Assembly (NCBI GenBank): GCA_964016885.1
Contig: OZ024741.1
Coordinates: 226,672,001-226,736,000, forward strand
Length of the DNA stretch: 64,000 nucleotides
Direction of reading: 5' to 3'
Origin: Eledone cirrhosa
Lineage: Eukaryota
Position numbers and translations under genes: made by a program. Below are positions 42,289-54,931 of this stretch, piece by piece. Each line of letters opens with the position of its first letter. Position 1 is the first letter of the stretch. The notes under the pieces are model-generated. The model did no database searches, had not been told where the DNA came from, and saw nothing but the letters and a program-made list of their open reading frames with translations.

Positions 42289-42482
42289 AAGGGCGGTGGA
42301 TTGGCAGTATCGGTAGAGAGTCGGACACCATGCTTTGAAGCATAGAGTTACGTCTCTTTATGATCTGAGTTCAAATCCCGCCGAGGTTAACTTTGCCTTT
42401 CATCCTTACGGGGTCGATAAAATAAAGTACCAGTAATGTACTGGTAATTGCTGGCCTTGTGCCAAAAGTAGAAACAATTATT
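42289..42482 (+). mobile_element. SINE family A copy, young, with AT-rich TSD
   Basis: Full-length match; flanks ttattatatattatatata on both sides. Confidence 0.88.
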
Positions 42483-42492
42483 ATATATTATA

Positions 42493-42718
42493 TATATATA
42501 CGTATATATCCATGTGTATGTATATATAATAAGGTTTTCATTTCTTTAATAACTGTTTCTATATTAGGCACAAGGCCAGAAATTACCCAGTACATTAAGT
42601 ACCAGTAATGTACTGGGTAATTGCTGGCCTTGTGCCTAATATACGTAGAAACAATTATTAAAGAAATGAAAACCTTATTATATATACATACACATGGATA
42701 TATACGTATATATATATA
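42493..42718. repeat. Fold-back palindrome built from a SINE family A 3' end plus its downstream flank
   Basis: 42493-42596 is the reverse complement of 42605-42715; arms contain GTACTGGGTAATTGCTGGCCTTGTGCC..TAGAAACAATTATT. Confidence 0.85.
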
Positions 42719-42848
42719 TATATGAAGACAAACATAGAATATTCGAAAATATTCTGTATGTTTATAATAAACATTTTGAAGACCTAATCGCTATAGAATA
42801 GAATACGTCACGTATTACAATTTGAGATTCTCGATAAAAGCAAGGGAA

Positions 42849-42891
42849 GTAACCCACGCGTTTCATTCTTATTTGAAATCATCAGGATTAC
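42849..42891 (-). ncRNA. Minimal type I hammerhead with GUG at the cleavage triplet (likely inactive)
   Basis: gtaatc CTGATGA t-ttc-aaataa-gaa-t GAAA CGCG TG ggttac. Confidence 0.75.
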
Positions 42892-43036
42892 ATATCCAAT
42901 ATATATATACACATATTATTATTGACGAACTCTTGAGTACGCAGGAGAAATTCGAGGGTAGCAAGCATCGAATTTGGCCTTAATATATCTCTTCTAGGGT
43001 ATTGAATAATCATCCCTGCGACCGTCATTACGAAGC

Positions 43037-43834
<798 letters not shown>

Positions 43835-44197
43835 TGAGAGAGGCGAACAGGGATATAGATAGATAGTATCTTTATATGCCACAAGGGTGTACATGGAATG
43901 GGACATTACAAGACGTGAGGTTTTACATAAAAAAGGAGGAGGTTTTACATAAAAATCGTAAAAACTTTAACATTAATAAATTACAATAAATTATATATTA
44001 AAATAAAATAACAATTGAAATCGCCAAGAGAGGGAACGTTACTGTGGTGTTGTTTTACACCGCGTAGATAGAGCAACCCTCAACACCAGTAGGTGTTCCT
44101 GCCTTCCCTCTTTTGTCTTCCTCAACCTACAAGCCTATATACAGAGAAGGCCCATTCACTGGGGCCATTTTCGCCACATTCACCCATTCAGAGAGAG

Positions 44198-44262
<65 letters not shown>

Positions 44263-44312
44263 TCTTTCTTTATTAATAGATAGATATTAATTGATAGATA
44301 GATAGATAGATA
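44198..44312. repeat. (GATA)n microsatellite
   Basis: Direct reading. Confidence 0.95.
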
Positions 44313-44682
44313 GAGTTATAAAAGTTATATAGTTTTAAGTACACGTTGTTTCATTTTTTCCTGAGTATAATGTGTATATTTGTGGTTAAATGGGTAAATA
44401 TTATTTTTTACCAAACTAAATTCTATGAATGTCCGAAAATAAACTATTATAAATTCATTTGAAGAGCTACCAGACAAGTATTCAATAATGTAGAAAATGA
44501 TTAGATAGAATCAAAAATATATATCTGCAGAAATATATGATTAAATATGTATGTATAGATACATATATACGTACAAACATAAATACATACATAAATACAT
44601 ACATACATTCATGCATACACACATATACATAGGTAAACACACACACACACATGTATTTATGTATGTAATATATATATATATA

Positions 44683-45004
44683 TAGATAAATCTACCAAAA
44701 TGTACGGTAGTGTCCAATCCGTATGAAGAACTCAATGTAATCCGAATATCATGAAAAGAGATGTATTAAAAAAATTTTTCCGATGAAAAATACAGGAAAA
44801 CAGAGTCAAGATAAATTAATAAAAATAATGAATAAAAACAAAGAAATAGTTCCTTATATTAAAAAATTCATCATTTTACGATCGTTTCTAGGATATATAT
44901 GTTTGTGTTGGTATGTATATCATATAAATCTATGTAAAATGTTTACAAACTATCAGAGGGAATATACATACCTACACATATATATGCTGTCTTCAGAAAT
45001 AATG
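44683..45004 (-). mobile_element. Solo pseudo-LTR of the 10800-12825 PLE family, includes the HHR
   Basis: High similarity to 10810-11130 (GATAAATCTACCAAAA...TTTACGATCGTTTCTAGG...CTGTCTTCAGAAAT). Confidence 0.85.
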
Positions 45005-45210
45005 TAATAATATATATATAGTGCAAATTTATACGGGAACAAAACAGAGAGGCAGACAAATATAGGTTTATTAGGTTCACGCTTTTGAGAGTTGGGGTGG
45101 GGAACGACGTTTCGGGCATAGGCCCTTCTTATATATATATATATATTATATTATATTAAATTATATTATATTATATATTATATCATATGATATTATGTTA
45201 TGTTATATTA

Positions 45211-45316
45211 TGCCAAGGTTCACTTTGCCTTTCATCCTTACGAGGTCGATAAAATAAAGTACCAGTAATGCACTAGGTAATTGCTGGCCTTGTGCCAAAG
45301 GTAGAAACAATTATAT
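45211..45316 (+). mobile_element. 5'-truncated SINE family A
   Basis: GCCAAGGTTCACTTTGCCTTTCATCC...GTAGAAACAATTAT. Confidence 0.8.
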
Positions 45317-46358
45317 TATATATCCATACATATATGCATATATATATACTCACATACACATATATATATATCAATAAGTGTATGCATATGTATGTGCATA
45401 CGTACGTATGTGTGTGTATGGATAACATTTTCTTTGAGCATGAATTGAGTACATGTCTGTTAAATCAAGCGATTAGCATATTTCCTTGCTCTTTGTTTGG
45501 AACAGGAAGGTTTCTAAATACAGTTTCAATGTTTTGAGATTCTCTTAGTCTCAGATATTGTCAGTGATTTTAGAATTTTAACCGTTCACTTCATATGTAC
45601 GCAATTAGTTGTTCATATTTATTTGTGACTCGTGTATGTCGTTTGTATATTTACGTTAGCATTTCTCTGTGCTATGATAATTACTTTCATGATTAATCGC
45701 CTTTTTTTGTGTCATTCTATACAAATGTATAGAAAGTATACAAATGTTGTGCATTTACTCTCTTCCTGCAAACCTCAGCACCCAGATCTACGGCTTACAC
45801 AACTAAACGGACAAAACCCACCTTTAGAAGTTTATTTTACAATATTATCAACTATAACTTATATTAACATATCCCATTTATTTATTCCATATGCATCCCT
45901 TCCTACCCAAAAGACATGTTTAACTCTATTAGACGAACATGAGCTTTCTGACCACGAAATTACACTCAAAGTTACAAGGTCTGTTAGCAAGGACATGTGT
46001 GTTGGGAAAGGTAGAGAAGCAAGAAATAAGATGGGAAAAGCAACTGGAGCATATAGAGGAAGCATACTCGCCGATGTTAGTCTAATAGTGTTGAACTGGT
46101 CTTACGTAAGAAGGGGTGGATATAAAATAAATGAATATGTTGAGAGAAATTACGGATGATAATGTTGTAAAACATGTGTATGGACGTTTGCTCTTACATT
46201 TCCAGAGACCTAGTATGTGATTTGAGGTAGATTGTTAAGGTACTTTTAGCAAGTCGGGTGATTAAGTAGAGGCTATTTTGTTTGCTCAAAGAATATATAT
46301 ATATATAAACAAGAAGTATAAGTCAACAGGCTAAAATTAACTTCGTTTATTCATAGTC

Positions 46359-46417
46359 GATGTTATATATATTTCCGTGATAATTGTTATACCATAGCTA
46401 TGACCTCATCAGACAGC
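46359..46417 (-). ncRNA. Type I hammerhead whose stem III is ATATATAT
   Basis: gctgt CTGATGA ggtcatag...ttatcacg GAAA TATATA TA acatc; one mismatch in stem I. Confidence 0.68.
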
Positions 46418-46540
46418 TAGAATTTGAACAGAAAAAACAGACAGAAAGACATAGAGATGGAATAAAGCTTACTTCGGTTATTTCAATTCTTGGATATGCT
46501 CCATGCTTAATTTTGGTATTGCTTTCTCAAGATACTGGTA

Positions 46541-46589
<49 letters not shown>

Positions 46590-46737
46590 AGAATATTTTT
46601 CGAAACAGCGAGCGGGTTTGAAATTATTATAAATGTAAGCTATCGCCGTATTTGGACTAAAGAAATTAAAGAAATTATTTAGCCTGATAGTGGGGTTAAG
46701 AAACCTCGGAGAAATGGAAAAAGATGAGTATTGACGT

Positions 46738-46845
<108 letters not shown>

Positions 46846-46846
46846 G

Positions 46847-46877
<31 letters not shown>

Positions 46878-47337
46878 AGACAGAGGGGGAGAGAGAGAGA
46901 GAAAGAGAAAGAGAATATAATTTCAAGAGCGTATGACATATATAGGAATATATAAAACAATACTCAGGAGATAATTTGCAAATAAATGTAAGAACATATA
47001 AACTAGAAATAAGCAGTAGAGACAGTTTAACAATAAAATAATAATCAAACAGTACACTGAACACCAAATAATTACTTTACTCTCTCGTACATAATTCCTT
47101 ATTGGCAATAGAAACATGTTTCACCACCGTATGGGGAATTTCAAAATGGTAAGCTAGGATCACCAGCGAGAGAGAGCTTAAACCAAATGAACTCACACTC
47201 GAAGTAAATCTATATATGCATAAGCGATACATATAGTTAGTTGCCAAAAGGTTGCGCATTCGTGCTCAATACTTGTTCCTACAGGGTTAAATATTGGAAG
47301 TGTTAATATTTAGCGGGCGAAGAAAATAAGCAGAGCG

Positions 47338-50176
47338 GTTACAAATGAAAGGATTACAAAGGAGAATATATACTGTCAGAACATGTTTATATAAAAGCAC
47401 CTACGTATGTTTCGCCCGAAAAGGGCTTCTCAAGGGCATAGAAAACTACAGACTGTTCAGTACAGGACCCAGAAGGGGTTTTAAAGTGATACATACATCA
47501 AAGTTCATTCTTAGTTAAAACATACGCGTTGTTATTGTCACAGAGCAAGGAGAATAACTCTGGTCGGTGTTTGAATTACCCGTTCACACATGATGGTGGT
47601 TTTCCATTACTAATTTGTGGGTGCTACTTTACTATTGTCAATTCAAGCAGGGTCTGAGATGCATAGTTGGTGTACAGATGTTTATTTGCGCAGCCTAACC
47701 ACCGGAGTGTTATGGTTTGGTGCAGGGGGACCCAGTTTAAACAAGGCCCTTATCTTAGCTAGGTCTAACACTAGCCTCACTAAAAAAGAGATAGATATAG
47801 TTCTAGCAGCGCGTAGAACTATTATCCAGTTCGAGGGCTCCCGTTGGACCACAACCAACCGTCCTGATAACTCCGCTGTCACAATGTGGTGCAGTGACTC
47901 AGCGCAAGTGACCGACCTGGTTGGAATATACCTCCTCCATTGACTGAGGGATGAGATACGGGTCCTACAAGGAGGTGTATATAGGGACGACGCCCTATTT
48001 ACCGTTAAAAACCATACCCACCGCAGGATAGAGAACCTTAACAAGCGCATACACAGGTTCTTCAAGTCATACGGCCTATCCGTGACTATAGACCTCAACC
48101 ACCAGATAGTCAACTTCCTGGACGTGACCCTGGAGTTGGGTAGGGGCCTATACAAGCCATACCATAAGCCCGGTGAGATTCTATCATATATTAATTATGC
48201 ATCCAACCACCCTAAATCTACTCTCAACTCTATAGTATATAGCATATCCCATAGGATCTCGAGGCTTTCCGCCAACGAGGATATCTTCAACCAAGCGGCT
48301 GACTACTACAATAAAGCCTCGGTAGATGCCGGATTTAACCGAAGAATCTCCTACATCCTTAACGCCAACTCTAGAAACCACCCCCATCATAGGACTAATG
48401 TTATAGTAAGCCATACCTATAACCGAGTACGCAGCGGCCAAAACAGAGTCAATAACTGTAGTATAGAGAATCGCACTAGGAAACACGGCCATACCGTTAA
48501 CTACACGAGTGGTGGTGTAGTAGACCTACCGCATAATAAGGGTCTCGGTACAGGCAACGTTAGCTGCTGTAGCCTACTAGAATTATTCCCTACCTATAAG
48601 ATTAACAATAGCGATGGCCTATTACCTACACCCTCCAACCAGCGTTTAGCTACACGTAAACGTAACGGAAGGAAGGCGAGTGCACCCGAGCATAAAGCGA
48701 AGGGGACGCGTAATAGGCTGCAGCACAGTAGCAACAATAAGAACGGTTACCTAGCCAACACGACCCGTAGTAAGCCCACAGCTACACGTAACCGCCACCG
48801 TAATGTCCTATGGTTCCATCCTCCCTACACTTGGAGTGTAGCCTCCGACTTACCCAGGATATTCTTCGAAGCCTTAGAGAAGAACTTCCCACCCAACCAT
48901 AAATACAGGAAAATCCTCAATAAGAACGATATTAAAATATCCTTCTCCACTACTCCTAACTTAGCAGACATCATAGGGATAACTAATTATAGTAAGATCA
49001 CCAAAACACGGCACGTTAGCACTGATACGTCTAGACTTGACAGCAACCCTAATAGCCTTAACGTTTCACTTGCAGCACCCAATAGTGTTGGCGGCAGCCC
49101 CAGCAGACGCAACCGAAATTAATTGTGGCGAGACTGGGGAACATGCTGGTGACCTGTACGGTCACGCGGCAGCAACAGAAGGCGCTGCGGCGTTCGGAGC
49201 AATAATGGTACTACCCCGCACGCCATAGGATATAAATAGTACTAACTACAGAGATAGAGGTGGTGGCGTGGATAATAACATAGGTAGCAATAGTAATAAC
49301 TTGACTTCGGGCACCTGGAGCGACCGCGACCGAAAATGCAACTGTCGAGACCGGGGAAGGTGCCCGCTTAGGGGAAGTTGCCTGACAGATAATGTTATTT
49401 ATATGTGCACCATAATAGCATTAAACATTATATAGGGGCCACTTCTGGCCCGTTCAAAACTAGATTTCGAACACATCTCCACTCTTTTAGAAACAAGAAA
49501 CTAAAACACTCCACGTCACTCGCCAATTACATCACAACATTAAAAGACTCCAACATCAGCTTCTCCACACACTGGGAAATTGTCAGCAGGGCAGCACGGT
49601 ACAACTTCAAGAAGAAATGCGAGCTCTGCCTCATGGAACTTTACCATATTATAAGAGCACCCCTCCAGCTCATCAACAGCAGAGCAGAATCGGTGATAAA
49701 CTGAAGACAGAGAATACAGCAGTCTTTCTTCGGGTGGAAATGTACAGAGACTTGAAAGCCATAAACTGGGTCCTCCTGCACCAAACCATAACACTCCGGT
49801 GAGTAGGCTGCGCAAATAAACATCTGTACACCAACTATGCATCTCAGACCCTTCTTGAATTGATAATAGTAAAGTAGCACCCACAAATTAGTAATGGAAA
49901 ACCACCATCATGTGAACGGGTAGTAAGCCCTTTGGGGACAATTATTCAAACACCGGCCAGAGTTACCGCCCTTGCTCTGTGACAATAACAACGCGTATGT
50001 TTTAACTAAGAATGAACTTTGATGTATGTATCACTTTAAAATCCCTTCTTGGTCCTGTACTGAACAGTCTGTAGTTTTCTATGCCCTTGAGAAGCCCTTT
50101 TCGGGCGAAACGTACGTAGGTGCTTTTATATAAACATGTTCTGACAGTATATATTCTCCTTTGTAATCCTTTCATT
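47338..50176 (+). mobile_element. Penelope-like element (Hydra-type), 5'-truncated, with about 400-bp inverted pseudo-LTR arms (47338-47740 and 49765-50176)
   Basis: DSAQVTDLVG, VYRDD, VNFLDV, SNHP, WFHPPY, CNCRDRGRCPL, YIGATSGPFKTRF..H, CELCLME. Confidence 0.92.
50083..50123 (+). ncRNA. Minimal type I hammerhead, U3-A8 variant (mirror 47397-47437 on minus)
   Basis: gccc TTGAGAA gccc-ttttc-gggc GAAA CGTACG TA ggtgc; palindromic stem III ACGTACGT. Confidence 0.75.
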
Positions 50177-50291
50177 TATATATATATATAACGTTTCTTA
50201 GAATAGTCCTTCATCACAAGATAGATTGAGAAATATAAGTTGAGATGAAAAGATATTGAGTGAGAAGAGACAGGTACGGAATAATTCTTAT

Positions 50292-50359
<68 letters not shown>

Positions 50360-50363
<4 letters not shown>

Positions 50364-50682
50364 ACACACAGACACCCGGATGTGGCGCATGCGCAGACTG
50401 AGCACACAACACACACACAGAAACAAAATTGGGTAGGACAGAACAAAGGAGAGGCACAAAAACAAAAAAAAAACAAAAAGAAAAGAATCCCCAGTCACTG
50501 AAGAGGTCACAGAATGTGTGACGAAATAACTTTGACAATATATAAACAACTATCTGGTTGTGGAACCAACCAACCAACCAGAAATTTATAAATTCCTAAA
50601 TTTATAAATTTATTATAATAAATTGAAGTGAAAGCAGCTGGTGCGTGTGTTTCTTGTTGGCAACATGACCCTCCCAAAGTAT

Positions 50683-50687
<5 letters not shown>
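50360..50687 (+). mobile_element. Solo pseudo-LTR of the 27562-30376 PLE family, with HHR at 50494-50536
   Basis: Matches 30110-30376 and the reverse complement of 59790-60105; ends CCCAAAGTATAACAA then (TA)n. Confidence 0.87.
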
Positions 50688-50721
<34 letters not shown>

Positions 50722-51050
50722 TATGTATGTGAATGTGTATGCATATATATATATTTATATTTATATTTATATATGTGTGTATATATATGTGTGTGGTTGT
50801 ATATATGTATGTGTATGTATGGATATGTTGTTATCTATGTGTGTATGTATGTATGTGTGTATGTATGTGTGTATGTATATATATATATATATATATATGT
50901 GTGGATGTATATAATAGTGTGTGTGTGTGTGTTTGCATGTGTGTTTTTATTTTATTTTTCCTTTCCTTCTTCCTTCTCCAGCCTCACTTTCATATAGAAT
51001 GCATTTTTTGTTTTTTAAAATCCAACTCAATAAATAGACCAGGATTTTTT

Positions 51051-51104
51051 CATTCTGATGATTGAAAGCAATTTTTTTTGCTTTTAAGAAACCACTGGTA
51101 AATG
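51051..51104 (+). ncRNA. Canonical type I hammerhead
   Basis: catt CTGATGA t-tgaaagcaa..ttgctttta-a GAAA CCACTGG TA aatg. Confidence 0.87.
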
Positions 51105-51850
51105 GAATAATTGCCTTATGTTGTTTATTACATAACTATATATATATATATATGAAAATAAGAATTATTCTGTTCCTTCCTCTTCTCACTCAATATCTTT
51201 TTATCTCAACTTATATTTCTCAATCTATCTTGTGATGAAGGACTATTTTAAGAAACGTCAAGATTTTTTTCTTACTATATAAAGCGTTAAACTAATATGT
51301 TTCTTCATTTTACTGTGTTATTTGCTTTTTTATTTCTGTTTACTTTTTTTGCTCGTTATCTTGTCCTCTCTTTATTAATTTTATTAGGTTTTTCATTACG
51401 AATCTGTGACGAACGTGTTATCTCTTCTCCTCCATTAATTTCAATGGCGTTCATTTTTGAACTCATCTTACTTTCTGTTACTTGCTATTTTTTCTTCGTT
51501 TCCTTTTCTTCTTTCCTTTTCCTTTGTTTCATTTATGAGACTCTCGTGCTATTACACCACACCTTTTTCCTGACATCATATGAAATTGTATATGTACTTG
51601 TTATACCTTAATTGCTTAATGTTTAATCTCGTTTCTTACTCCAATGGAGAGCGTTTTGGGTTGTGTCGGATGTTGTGACCCCGGGTGGACCTGCAGTACC
51701 GCTGTTAGGGATCGAAATTGCAAATGTCCATCTCAACGGCTGATGACCATGGATATATGTGTTTCGTTTGTATTTTCATTTTCTTTTTATAATTTGTTAG
51801 GGTTCCCCTTCATTTGCGTTGTGTCAGACGCTGCGACCCACGACGGTTAT

Positions 51851-51881
<31 letters not shown>

Positions 51882-51922
51882 ATATGTATGTATGTATATA
51901 TATGTATGTATGTATGTATATA

Positions 51923-52044
51923 TTCAGGTTCATAATGTGTGGTGACAGTCAAGTTTGCAATTTTCAACTGTGGAAAATTGCAAACTTGACTGTCACCACA
52001 CATTATGAACCTGAAGATTGCGAAAGCATGAAAGTACATGTTCA
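51923..52044 (+). ncRNA. Short fold-back (51923-52015) ending in a hammerhead-like motif (52006-52044) with a mutated cleavage triplet
   Basis: tgaac CTGAAGA t-tgc-gaaa-gca-t GAAA GTAC AT gttca; U16.1 replaced by A. Confidence 0.65.
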
Positions 52045-52282
52045 ATTAACACTTAACATTTAATATTCTATCATACTATTTCATTATAATACCATTATAA
52101 ATTTTGAAGGATTATAAATAAAACGAGTAAATCAGACAAAGTTGGAATTCCTCTTATTAATATATATATATATATATACATGTATATATATATATATAGG
52201 AACGATCGACTTTCGTCAAATCGGACCGAGGGAACAATGTTTCCGTTGGTCTTTCCAATTGCTAATACTATCTATCGGTCGC

Positions 52283-52413
52283 AACTCCAGGTAGAAGGAG
52301 CAACGTGAAATAAAGTGTCTTGCTCAAGGACATAACGCATCGCCTGGTCCAGGAATCGAACTCACAACCTTACGATTGCGAATCCAATTCTCTAACCACT
52401 CAGCCACACGCCT

Positions 52414-52418
<5 letters not shown>
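52283..52418 (-). mobile_element. SINE family B copy
   Basis: Minus: GGCGTGTGGCTGAGTGG (A box), GAGTTCGATTCC (B box), GTCCTTGAGCAAGACACTTTATTTCACGTTGCTC. Confidence 0.8.
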
Positions 52419-52464
<46 letters not shown>

Positions 52465-52476
52465 ATATATATATAT

Positions 52477-52509
52477 AATTGTCCTAATAACTTATTTTGG
52501 TTATTATTG

Positions 52510-52583
<74 letters not shown>

Positions 52584-52617
52584 CAATAATAACCAAAATA
52601 AGTTATTAGGACAATTA
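52477..52617. repeat. Inverted repeat (about 38-bp arms) around a (TA)n centre
   Basis: AATTGTCCTAATAACTTATTTTGGTTATTATTGCAC ... GTGCAATAATAACCAAAATAAGTTATTAGGACAATT. Confidence 0.85.
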
Positions 52618-52781
52618 AAACGCGTAAAGCGAGTGAGACAGGAGAACAACAAAGAGTATAGCTAACCGTAGGGGACAGAAACAAGCTTCAAAAATTATTC
52701 TGTTTAGCATAAGCTAGGTGAATATATGAGCGCTTAGAGATTTATGTATATATATATATATATATATTTATATATGTATAT

Positions 52782-52944
<163 letters not shown>

Positions 52945-52950
52945 TATATT

Positions 52951-54608
52951 TAAAAACAAATAACGAAACGAGATTAAATTTCGTTTCGTTTGTAACTCAC
53001 TTTTGTATGACTGACGCTTAAACAATTAAGTTAAAAATGTACATCCACATATGTATACTGAAATACTAGTATGCATATGAATACACACACGTATACATAT
53101 GTAGATGTACCAAGTTTTTCACTGGTCACTTTACTGTGTATACGTGTGTGTATTCATATGCATACTAGTATTTCAGTATACATATGTGGATGTACATTTT
53201 TAACTTAATTGTTTAAGCGTCAGTCATACAAAAGTGAGTTACAAACGAAACGAAATTTAATCTCGTTTCGTTATTTGTTTTTATCGTCTCCGTTGAACCG
53301 GTACGTACTCACACTCTATGCAAATTAGTCTGCCCACTACTAATTTTCATAGAAAAAGCATATAACGATATGTGCTTTTACAATTCTCCAGAAAGGCCGG
53401 GAGATAGGTAAATATTGCTGATGAGTTGTAACAACAACGAAACTAGTTCAATATTCCTTGTCTGGCTTTCTGGAGAATAGAGGAAAGGTGTTTCCTCAAA
53501 AACCAGTATGACTCTAAAAACCGGTTTGTCTGTGTTTACATACAGAATAGCTGGACACTCACAGTAAAGTGACCAGTGAAAAACTTGGTACATCTACATA
53601 TGTATACGTGTGTGTATTCATATGCATACTAGTATTTCAGTATACATATGTGGATGTACATTTTTAACTTAATTGTTTAAGCGTCAGTCATACAAAAGTG
53701 AGTTATAAACGAAACGAAATTTAATCTCGTTTCGTTATTTGTTTTTATCGTCTCCGTTGAACCGGTACGTACTCACACTCTATGCAAATTAGTCTGCCCA
53801 CTACTAATTTTCATAGAAAAAGCATATAACGATATGTGCTTTTACAATTCTCCAGAAAGGCCGGGAGATAGGTAAATATTGCTGATGAGTTGTAACAACA
53901 ACGAAACTAGTTCAATATTCCTTGTCTGGCTTTCTGGAGAATAGAGGAAAGGTGTTTCCTCAAAAACCAGTATGACTCTAAAAACCGGTTTGTCTGTGTT
54001 TACATACAGAATAGCTGGACACTCACAGTAAAGTGATCAGTGAAAAACTTGGTACATCTACATATGTATACGTGTGTGTATTCATATGCATACTAGTATT
54101 TCAGTATACATATGTGGATGTACATTTTTAACTTAATTGTTTAAGCGTCAGTCATACAAAAGTGAGTTACAAACGAAACGAAATTTAATCTCGTTTCGTT
54201 ATTTGTTTTTATCGTCTCCGTTGAACCGGTACGTACTCACACTCTATGCAAATTAGTCTGCCCACTACTAATTTTCATAGAAAAAGCATATAACGATATG
54301 TGCTTTTACAATTCTCCAGAAAGGCCGGAAGATAGGTAAATATTGCTGATGAGTTGTAACAACAACGAAACTAATTCAATATTCCTTGTCTGGCTTTCTG
54401 GAGAATAGAGGAAAGGTGTTTCCTCAAAAACCAGTATGACTCTAAAAACCGGTTTGTCTGTGTTTACATACAGAATAGCTGGACACTCACAGTAAAGTGA
54501 CCAGTGAAAAACTTGGTACATCTACATATGTATACGTGTGTGTATTCATATGCATACTAGTATTTCAGTATACATATGTGGATGTACATTTTTAACTTAA
54601 TTGTTTAT
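52951..54608. repeat. 464-bp tandem array (about 3.2 units on plus) with an inverted 5' arm of about 188 bp; second candidate retrozyme concatemer
   Basis: Period 464 (HHR at 53411, 53875, 54339). Orientation flips at about 53137. Both ends are in (TA)n. Confidence 0.93.
53411..53455 (+). ncRNA. Minimal type I hammerhead, one per 464-bp unit (third copy has a stem III G>A change)
   Basis: aatattg CTGATGA gttg-taacaa-caac GAAA CTAG TT caatatt; 7-bp stem I, palindromic ACTAGT. Confidence 0.9.
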
Positions 54609-54611
54609 ATA

Positions 54612-54687
<76 letters not shown>

Positions 54688-54824
54688 TATATAATAAGGA
54701 GTTGACGAACCCACCATATTTATCAATGACAGGACCGGTTGTATCGGAGCGGGTAATGTAGGATACATTCCCAGAGTATACACATAGTTATTCGCTTCAA
54801 TACAACACACGTAACACGGGTGCC

Positions 54825-54931
<107 letters not shown>

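Larger units (their letters stand above)
50190..51262. mobile_element. Fold-back element (arms 50190-50297 and 51151-51258) split by nested insertions in its central (TA)n
   Basis: Arms are reverse complements. The right arm has an HHR-like atctt GTGATGA agga.. GAAA CG TC aagat, with non-canonical G3. Confidence 0.75.

Noticed and set aside
44043-44178. Possible tiny solo LTR (TGTGGTG...CGCCACA)
   Set aside because: Only 136 bp, no convincing TSD and no second copy in the window.
45632-46159. 175-aa ORF
   Set aside because: No recognisable domain; it looks like a chance frame across decayed LINE-like fragments.
47105-47150. HHR-like on minus, TTGAAAT..GAAA CATG TT
   Set aside because: A9 is missing and stem I does not pair.
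51735-51770. CTGATGA at 51740
   Set aside because: No downstream GAAA or stem III on that strand.
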